40,913 bases of DNA from positions 1-40,913 of the forward strand of contig JBEPVF010000013.1 in the NCBI GenBank assembly GCA_041691135.1, written 5' to 3'. Positions 33,980-40,913 of this stretch are shown piece after piece (the first letter of the stretch is position 1; every line of letters starts with the position of its first letter). A model generated the notes under the pieces. The model saw only the letters and a program-made list of their open reading frames with translations. It was not told the origin of the DNA and ran no database searches. Both the position numbers and the translations under genes were made by a program. Source of the stretch: Candidatus Peribacteria bacterium (GTDB lineage: Bacteria; Patescibacteriota; Gracilibacteria; Peribacterales; Peribacteraceae).

Positions 33980-36619
33980 TCAAGGAGTAACATGAATGAC
34001 CTTCAAACATTTCTGTCCAAAGTAGCCGTCCGGATGTGCTTGGGTTGCCGTCCTTTGCATTTGTACAGTGATGGAGTGGTCGCCTGTGCCGCTTGGCATC
34101 CCTACTTCTCCCTCGAATATTTTGTTGTCATTTGGCGCAACGTTTCCCGATACCGCAGTCATGGAACTGGCAGCCGAGACGCCGTTGACGCTTAGGTTGT
34201 AGCTGCCCTGCGCACCCCATGTCGTGTTGCCGAAGTTCTTCATATTCGCTGTCATCATCACGAAATTAGTCATGTTGGCCGGAATCGAATCAGACGTAAG
34301 CCACACGCCGGCTGGCGTTTTGTATTTGAACGTGATGCCGGCGCACAACGCATCATCGTTGGCAATGTCCACAGTCGGCGGGCCACCAACTGTAATATTA
34401 TTCTGGCAACTGCCGGTGGGTACTGTCACGCCGTTGCGCGTTATTTGAGTCACGACCTGATAGGTGCTCTGCCCTTGCACATCCGGACCGGCGAAGGAGA
34501 ACTGGAAGGTAACAGTCTGGCCGGGCGGCACATGGTTAGGCAAGGAGATCTGATTCGGCGTCATCTTCAGATTGTTACCCGGCGGATTTGATTGCGTCAG
34601 CTTATAACCATCCGACGCTTTCCACGTGCGGTTCCCGCCGTTCTTGAATCGCACCCATGCCGTGCCGCCGTCTTTGGCCGACGAAATATTCATCGGGTCT
34701 CTCACTGCATCGCAGTAGGCAAGATCGTCGTTACTGCCGGTGCCACCGCCACCGCTCATGTCCACTGGATTCTCGATGAGCTTGGAAAGAACACTGTCAG
34801 CCGGTTGATCGACCCACATGAAGGGGTACGTATCCGCATCGGAGGAATCCCATACGATATGGCTTCCCAGTGCGCCGTACTGCAGATTATCGTGCAGACT
34901 GTCGAGCGTCACTTCGATGGATGCCGGCACACCCAGTTGCGTGCGCTCATTCAGAATCTCGGCGAGCAGTTTGACGTCACCCAAGCCGGGACTCGGGAAC
35001 ATGTTCATGCTCACCTGGCACGAAACCGCGAAGGTTCCGGTGACATCGTCGTTCAGAACTGGATCGCCTATCGGCGTCTGTACGTTACAGGGAAAATCAG
35101 TCGGATACTGCGCCTGGTTGGCGTGAATTTTTCCAGTGAGGTCATAACGATCGTCGTGCACGTTAAACGAGTTCGTCTTCAAACGAATATTCTTGGCATT
35201 CACCGTGAACAGAATGTTATGCAGCGTCACCACCAGCTCGGGATGAATGACGAAGTGACCGACGGTGCGCACGCCAAGTGGTGAGGAAGCGTACTGACTG
35301 CTCGGAAAAGGAGCCACCTCGCCATCGATTGATACAATCTTGCTGTACACAGTCTGATCTTCCGGCCCCTGCACATAACCGCCCGCCGCCAAGCGCCCGA
35401 TCATGATTTTGCCCGTCGCGTTGTCTGTTGTCAGACTGAGCGGCAAACGAGATACGATTCCCGTCGCATCGACGCTAGGCAAGTCATCTTTGACGGATGT
35501 GAATACCGGTTGCTGATCCGTCAGACTCAGCTGAAGTATTTCTCCGCGCGAAAATCCCTGACCTCTGTCGCGCAATTTGGGACGAACTGTGAACGTGGAA
35601 ATTTGATTCTGTTTCACGACAAACGATACTGAACGAGACAAACAGAAGGGCATTTTGCCGTAGTCCTTGGGATCAGTCGTCGTGGTCAGACAATAGTCAC
35701 GCGACAGGCGTCCGATAGGCTGCGTGTCTTCCTCTCGGTACAGGTCGAGATATTCAATGGAATAGAGGCCACCATCCGCCGGGTACAAACGTAAGGTATT
35801 CACTGTTACATCTTCGTTCTGGGCCGTCATCTGGAGTTTCAGAATTGCGTCGCCAGCCTGCTTCGGTTCGTACTGGCGGGCAGGAATGTCCACCGCCTGG
35901 ATGGCGAGATTTCCCTTCGCCAGAGCCAGAGACGATGAAGCCGCGGAGGAGGATGGCTGTGACGAAGACAGGGACGCGCACTGACCATCCGTACACTGTC
36001 CGCTCGAACAATCGGTATCGAGGGCGCATTCTGCAACCGATTGCGCACTGGACGATGAAGCGGCCGAAGACGAGATATTCGTCGAATGGATATCAAGCTC
36101 GCCACTCAATGGTTTGGACTGAGCCGGATTAGCCGACAGCGAAATGGTGAGCGGCGTATCGGTGAAGACGTAGTACCGTCCGCCCATCGTCCAATGCTCG
36201 AGCAGAGAAAAATTCTGCAGGGCAGGATGAGCGCTCAAATACGCGGCGGTCGCGAACAGCTTGCCGGTGAACGCCTGGTGTCCCTGTTGACCGGAAGCCA
36301 GGTGATCCGCCTCCGTTCCATCGTATTCATACACGAGTACCGCGGCACCGCTGCGCAAGAGCGCGTCACTGACCAGATGATCGCTCTGCTGGTCATTGGC
36401 ATTCACCGCCGGCGCATTAAAGAAGGTATGCGTGTTGGCGGCAATTGTCGCGGAAGACGTGATGGTGTGCAGATCCAGTATGCTTGGGACAAGCTGCGCT
36501 CTAAAAATAGAAGACGACAGTTGTGCCTGTACTCCAAACAACAGAAGAGCCGTCACCGGAACGATGACGAGGAACAGCGCGAGCGGCGGACGGCGGGAGG
36601 GGTGTGGCACGTGGATCAT
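33980..36619 (-). CDS. Large surface protein: TM/signal, shared N-domain, Ser/Cys linker, Ig-like domains, two C-terminal NBR1-FW/Ig-like domains
   Basis: Hydrophobic N-terminus; VRFKNGG.RTW...VPPGQTVTF.F and MKNFGNTTW...VAPND..IF repeats; ATGA-coupled to the upstream gene. Confidence 0.85.
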   Translation of the reverse strand: MIHVPHPSRRPPLALFLVIVPVTALLLFGVQAQLSSSIFRAQLVPSILDLHTITSSATIAANTHTFFNAPAVNANDQQSDHLVSDALLRSGAAVLVYEYDGTEADHLASGQQGHQAFTGKLFATAAYLSAHPALQNFSLLEHWTMGGRYYVFTDTPLTISLSANPAQSKPLSGELDIHSTNISSSAASSSSAQSVAECALDTDCSSGQCTDGQCASLSSSQPSSSAASSSLALAKGNLAIQAVDIPARQYEPKQAGDAILKLQMTAQNEDVTVNTLRLYPADGGLYSIEYLDLYREEDTQPIGRLSRDYCLTTTTDPKDYGKMPFCLSRSVSFVVKQNQISTFTVRPKLRDRGQGFSRGEILQLSLTDQQPVFTSVKDDLPSVDATGIVSRLPLSLTTDNATGKIMIGRLAAGGYVQGPEDQTVYSKIVSIDGEVAPFPSSQYASSPLGVRTVGHFVIHPELVVTLHNILFTVNAKNIRLKTNSFNVHDDRYDLTGKIHANQAQYPTDFPCNVQTPIGDPVLNDDVTGTFAVSCQVSMNMFPSPGLGDVKLLAEILNERTQLGVPASIEVTLDSLHDNLQYGALGSHIVWDSSDADTYPFMWVDQPADSVLSKLIENPVDMSGGGGTGSNDDLAYCDAVRDPMNISSAKDGGTAWVRFKNGGNRTWKASDGYKLTQSNPPGNNLKMTPNQISLPNHVPPGQTVTFQFSFAGPDVQGQSTYQVVTQITRNGVTVPTGSCQNNITVGGPPTVDIANDDALCAGITFKYKTPAGVWLTSDSIPANMTNFVMMTANMKNFGNTTWGAQGSYNLSVNGVSAASSMTAVSGNVAPNDNKIFEGEVGMPSGTGDHSITVQMQRTATQAHPDGYFGQKCLKVIHVTP

Positions 36620-39213
36620 TTGCGAATTTTGGCGATGGGATTCGTGTAAGCGTTATTGAAGATATCAATGTGTCCGCCGGCGGCATACAGGCTCTGGGCA
36701 TCGACGGCCATCGCCCTGGTTTCGCGCGGCACCGGCAGCGCATCGGCATTCACCGTCCACGGCAGCAATCCTCCGACATACGGATCAATGACGCCTATTC
36801 CCTGCGGACGATCCTGGTTGGCGATGCGCGAGAACGCCCCGCCGATGTACAACTTGAAGCCGTCGAGCAGGAACGACCACACCGGACCATTGGCATCGGC
36901 AACAATACTCATGGGCTGCGCGGATGGCGCATTGATCGTTGCGAAGTTTTGGCGTGGTTGTCCGGCGACATGCGAGAAGGATCCGCCGATAAAGACATTG
37001 GTTCCATTGACGAGCGCCGTGTATACCGGACCGTCAACATCCGCCTTCCACGGCTGGAAATCACCGGTGCTCGTACTGACGAGGGCGAGGTTTTGATGCG
37101 AAGTCCATATGCCCGGACCGAAGTGCGGGCCCGATGTATTGCTGACCAGATCGAACGATCCGCCGACCAGTAGATTTCCGCCCGGCATCGGGTACAGCAC
37201 GTTCACATAGTGATTCACTCCCGGACTCCATGTCGTAATATCGTCACCGGTCTTCTTATTCCACGCGATCAGACCGCCGCGGAAATTGTCGCCGCCGCCG
37301 TAGAGCGTATCGCCGATGACGACGAGTGTGTTGATGGTGGATGGTGTCGTATATTCCTCCGTACTGTGGCCCGGATTCCAATCGAGCAACGTACCTGTCG
37401 TCGCATCGATCGCAGCGGCGCGGTTGCGCACCTGTCCGCCAACCCACGAAAAGTCACCGCCGATGTAGAGCGTGTTGCCATCGAGCGCCATGGCGTAGAC
37501 ATCGGGCAAGGGATGCAGGCTCAGATCAAAATCGGCGTTAGGATTCCACGGCAGCACATTCCCCGTCGTCGCGTCGACGGCGGCAACGCCGTAACGCGGC
37601 TGGTTGTCGACTTCGCTGAAGGTTCCGCCGATAAACAAGGTGTTGCCGAGCTTCTTCATCGCCCACACGTTGCCGTTCGCCTGCCACGGCCCGGTCAGAC
37701 CCGATGGTCCGTTATTTCCGCCACCCGCACCGGCATTGGCAATCTGCCACTGAGGTGTATCGGTGAGCGTGACAGCGATATCACATGACGAATCGGAGCA
37801 TGTTCCATTGGTACGCACGCCGGACAGGCTGCCGGTCGTCTGATTATTTGCCGATACGTACACATCCGTAAGACCGTACTCTTTGGACGCAAAGCGGAAG
37901 CCGAACGTCGTGGTCGCCGTGTAATTCTTGATGGCCACCCGTACTTCACAGCTAACCGTCTTGCCCGCTTTCAGCTGATAATGATCGCCATTCGGCAACA
38001 AAAAATTACTGAGCTGTATCGTCGGCCAATTGGTCTTGAATGTGCTCGTGAGCAACTGATCGGGCGTTCCATCGTCGTTACTGTCGCACCATAATTTCGC
38101 ATCACCCACCGGCCACACATCGATGATATCGGGATTCATATCGGCTTCCTGCTGGAAGAACATGCTGCCGATGTATAAGTCTTCGGTGGATGCCATCTGG
38201 AAACGCAGGATCGGCTGATCATCCTTTCCACGAATGAGCGGACCAGTCGGCTGCAACGGAAGCTGACTGATAACTAACCGTGCTTCATCCGACCCAGTTG
38301 TCGGCGAAGAACTGGTTTGAGTGGGATTTCCACTCGATGATTGTCCGCCAAAGTCCGGAATCAAAAGCTGGCAAACATTGTCAGCAGAGCAACGGAATCC
38401 TCGCGCAACCTGGCAGTCCAACGTGCAGCCCAAAGTCGTATTATCACCATGGTCACATACTTCCAAACCTTCTTTCTTTCCATTGCCGCAATGTTCTCCC
38501 GATTGGGGGATGACAATCTGGCACTGACTATCGCACATATCAGTGTCGTCTGTGTTCCCATCATCACATTGCTCTTCAGAATGATTCAGTCCGAGCGTGT
38601 TGATAACCTGCTGTGGTTCCACGATAGCATCGCCGCACCGATACACCGGTGCAATAAATCCTTTGAACGCCGGATCAAGGAGTGACGTCAGAACAAGCGG
38701 CACATCAGTCTTGATGTCGTATTCTCGATTGGCAGTGAAATGTTCCAGTTTGGGTAGGTTTGCCAGTTGTGGGTACTGCACAACAAGTGCAGTCGAAAAG
38801 TACCAATTGCCGCCGAACGCATCCAGGCCGGTCTTACCCGCAGCAAGCTGCTGACCTTCTTGTCCCGTGTATTCATACACCATCACATTGGCATTGCTCA
38901 TCGTAGGCAACACGCTATCCGTGACACCGTCGGACTGTCCCGTACCGTTCGTTGCGATAAAAACTGTATGCGTATCGGTGGGAATCCTGGCATTCCCATT
39001 CACCACTCCCAGATCCATCCCGCCGTTGCCACCCGACACCTGTGCCAAAAAAGGACTGAGCGGACGCTGATGACCCGCGATATCCCCAAGAGCAGGCAGA
39101 GGCAAACTGGCAGTGGACGTTTGCTTACATCCCACTAACACCAAAATGGCAGCACCGGACACAAGCGACAACAGAGCGAATCCCGACGAACGCAACACGT
39201 GTCGATGCAACAT
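36616..39213 (-). CDS. Large surface lipoprotein: shared N-domain, DUF4215-like Cys repeats, Ig-like domain, ~7-bladed beta-propeller
   Basis: Lipobox LVGC; CGD..EQCDDGN and CGNG..EVCD; repeated V.AM...G.TLYIGG.F..V.GQ.R...AA.D..TG....W.P blades. Confidence 0.87.
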   Translation of the reverse strand: MLHRHVLRSSGFALLSLVSGAAILVLVGCKQTSTASLPLPALGDIAGHQRPLSPFLAQVSGGNGGMDLGVVNGNARIPTDTHTVFIATNGTGQSDGVTDSVLPTMSNANVMVYEYTGQEGQQLAAGKTGLDAFGGNWYFSTALVVQYPQLANLPKLEHFTANREYDIKTDVPLVLTSLLDPAFKGFIAPVYRCGDAIVEPQQVINTLGLNHSEEQCDDGNTDDTDMCDSQCQIVIPQSGEHCGNGKKEGLEVCDHGDNTTLGCTLDCQVARGFRCSADNVCQLLIPDFGGQSSSGNPTQTSSSPTTGSDEARLVISQLPLQPTGPLIRGKDDQPILRFQMASTEDLYIGSMFFQQEADMNPDIIDVWPVGDAKLWCDSNDDGTPDQLLTSTFKTNWPTIQLSNFLLPNGDHYQLKAGKTVSCEVRVAIKNYTATTTFGFRFASKEYGLTDVYVSANNQTTGSLSGVRTNGTCSDSSCDIAVTLTDTPQWQIANAGAGGGNNGPSGLTGPWQANGNVWAMKKLGNTLFIGGTFSEVDNQPRYGVAAVDATTGNVLPWNPNADFDLSLHPLPDVYAMALDGNTLYIGGDFSWVGGQVRNRAAAIDATTGTLLDWNPGHSTEEYTTPSTINTLVVIGDTLYGGGDNFRGGLIAWNKKTGDDITTWSPGVNHYVNVLYPMPGGNLLVGGSFDLVSNTSGPHFGPGIWTSHQNLALVSTSTGDFQPWKADVDGPVYTALVNGTNVFIGGSFSHVAGQPRQNFATINAPSAQPMSIVADANGPVWSFLLDGFKLYIGGAFSRIANQDRPQGIGVIDPYVGGLLPWTVNADALPVPRETRAMAVDAQSLYAAGGHIDIFNNAYTNPIAKIRK

Positions 39214-39372
39214 GGAAGAAAGCAGGGGGCGACTTTTCCGTCATTGTAGAGCAGATTCTCCCAAAGACAATCACGTGAGCTGCGTGCCGAGCGACGTGTC
39301 GAGTCGTAATTGAACGGACTTGTAGACGACTAGCGTAAAGCGCTAGGCTGAGGCCTCAATTCTCCAAAAAAT

Positions 39373-40146
39373 ATGACCGCATTCCACGCGCTTCTGCTCG
39401 GCATCGTCGAAGGGATCACCGAGTTTCTGCCCATCTCCTCAACAGGCCATCTCATTTTGGCAAATCACCTGTTGGGGCTGTCCGAAACGGATTTTCAAAA
39501 GAGCTTCGACATCGCCATCCAATCCGGCGCGATTCTGTCGGTCATCGTCCTGTACGGGCGCAGTCTGCTGCGTCGACAGGAGGTACTTTTGCGCGTCCTG
39601 GTCGCCTTTTTACCCACTGCCATCATTGGTCTGCTTGTACATGGAATCGTGAAGAAGTACTTACTTGGCAACGAACAAGTGGTGCTGTGGTCGCTGCTGC
39701 TTGGCGGATTGGTGATCATCTTGTTTGAACGCACACACCGCGAAAAAAGTACCGCCATCCATGACCTGTCCGCCATCACGTATAAACAAGCCGCACTCAT
39801 CGGTCTGTTCCAATCACTGGCCATCATCCCCGGTGTCTCGCGCTCGGCATCGACAATTATCGGCGGATTGTTGCTGGGCGTGTCACGCGAAGCGATTGTT
39901 GAATTTTCATTTCTATTGGCCATCCCAACCATGCTGGCCGCCACCGGACTCGATCTGCTCAAATCCGCCGGCAGTTTTTCCGGCAACGACACATTCAATC
40001 TGGCCATCGGCTTCGTGACCTCCTTCGTCGTCGCCCTGTTCGCCATTCGCTGGCTGCTGAAATTCATCAAAGGACACTCCTTCACTCCTTTTGGCATTGA
40101 ACGCATTCTGGTCGCCCTCGCCTTCTGGCTTATTCCGCTGCTCTGA
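39373..40146 (+). CDS. uppP: Undecaprenyl-diphosphate phosphatase
   Basis: GIVEGITEFLPISSTGHL, IQSGAIL, IIPGVSRSASTI, EFSFLLAIP. Confidence 0.96.
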   Translation: MTAFHALLLGIVEGITEFLPISSTGHLILANHLLGLSETDFQKSFDIAIQSGAILSVIVLYGRSLLRRQEVLLRVLVAFLPTAIIGLLVHGIVKKYLLGNEQVVLWSLLLGGLVIILFERTHREKSTAIHDLSAITYKQAALIGLFQSLAIIPGVSRSASTIIGGLLLGVSREAIVEFSFLLAIPTMLAATGLDLLKSAGSFSGNDTFNLAIGFVTSFVVALFAIRWLLKFIKGHSFTPFGIERILVALAFWLIPLL

Positions 40147-40826
40147 TGCCCACCGATAGCGTCGCTCTGCTCAAGAAGCTGCGTGCGCTCGGCAGCAAAG
40201 AACGCCGCGAGAGCATGCTACGTTTTGGTGTAGTCGTCTCGAATGCGCATGGTATTGCCATTCCAACCCTGCGCAATATTGCCAAAACACTTCCGAAGAA
40301 TCATGTCCTCGCCAAAGAACTATGGGCATCAGGCAATCACGAAGCGAGGATACTCGCCGCATTGATTGATGAGGCGGAAAAAGTGTCCCAACGACAGATG
40401 GATCAATGGGCAGGCGATTTTCGTTCGTGGGACCTATGTGACCAGGTGTGTGGAAATCTGTTCGATCGCACACCATTCGCTTTTTCCAAAGCCAAAGAAT
40501 GGACTCACCATCAGAGTGAATTCGTCCGCCGCGCCGGTTTCTCACTCATGGCGTGTCTCGCTGTACATGACAAAAAAGCAATCGATTCACAGTTTCTCCC
40601 ATTCTTCCCACTAATCGAGCAATACGCACATGACGAACGGAACTTCGTGAAGAAAGCGGTAAATTGGGCACTGCGACAAATAGGAAAAAGAAACGTCAAG
40701 CTGCACAAACGCGCAATCAAATCAGCCGAACGCATTCTGAAACAGAACACACCGTCTGCCCGCTGGATCGCTCATGATGCACTCAGAGAACTGAACAGCG
40801 AAGCTGTACAGAAGCGCTATCTCTAG
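40146..40826 (+). CDS. DNA alkylation repair protein (AlkD-like HEAT-repeat family)
   Basis: GIAIPTLR.IAK, LAKELW....EAR, SWDLCD, EFVRRAG, DERNFVKKAVNWALRQIGK; TGATG overlap with uppP. Confidence 0.9.
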   Translation: MPTDSVALLKKLRALGSKERRESMLRFGVVVSNAHGIAIPTLRNIAKTLPKNHVLAKELWASGNHEARILAALIDEAEKVSQRQMDQWAGDFRSWDLCDQVCGNLFDRTPFAFSKAKEWTHHQSEFVRRAGFSLMACLAVHDKKAIDSQFLPFFPLIEQYAHDERNFVKKAVNWALRQIGKRNVKLHKRAIKSAERILKQNTPSARWIAHDALRELNSEAVQKRYL

Positions 40827-40853
40827 ATCGCCCTATGAGCATCGGAAGAATTT

Positions 40854-40913
40854 TCAGTATGGCGCTGCCGCTTTCGGCGCGGTTTGGTGGAAGCTGGTCG
40901 ATTCATCGTTGGC
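40854..40913 (-). CDS. Possible 3' end of a minus-strand gene continuing beyond the window
   Basis: Open frame ANDESTSFHQTAPKAAAPY*; too short to verify. Confidence 0.3.
   Translation of the reverse strand, partial: ANDESTSFHQTAPKAAAPY

Overview
Chromosomal window from a bacterium that looks like Patescibacteria/CPR, probably Peribacteria/Peregrinibacteria-like. This is an inference from gene content, Ser-linker Cys-rich surface proteins, and many leaderless or SD-less starts; TGA is used as stop. Housekeeping and envelope genes: rpe, rpiB, tpiA, SPFH, dprA, tRNA-Thr(CGT), a shortened RelA/SpoT, pilin-LamG, M23 peptidase, an orphan atpE, zur-znuA with its operator, a His kinase, a VirD4/TrwB-like ATPase, uppP and an AlkD-like protein. 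The centrepiece (19.1-31.3 kb) is a TrmB-type regulator transcribed divergently from six paralogous ~555-565 aa cytoplasmic Cys-rich proteins (zinc-ribbon ends, two Cys-ladder blocks). Copy 5 carries a TGG>TAG stop, and two ORFans are inserted before copy 6. Features missed by the ORF track: a 25-aa ultra-basic peptide with its own promoter, SD and terminator; a 50-aa sORF; a boxA-like element in an mRNA leader; and a ~105-aa domain shared by two coupled surface proteins. No CRISPR, integrase, transposase or reverse transcriptase was seen. All family assignments are from motif recognition by eye; no database searches were run.
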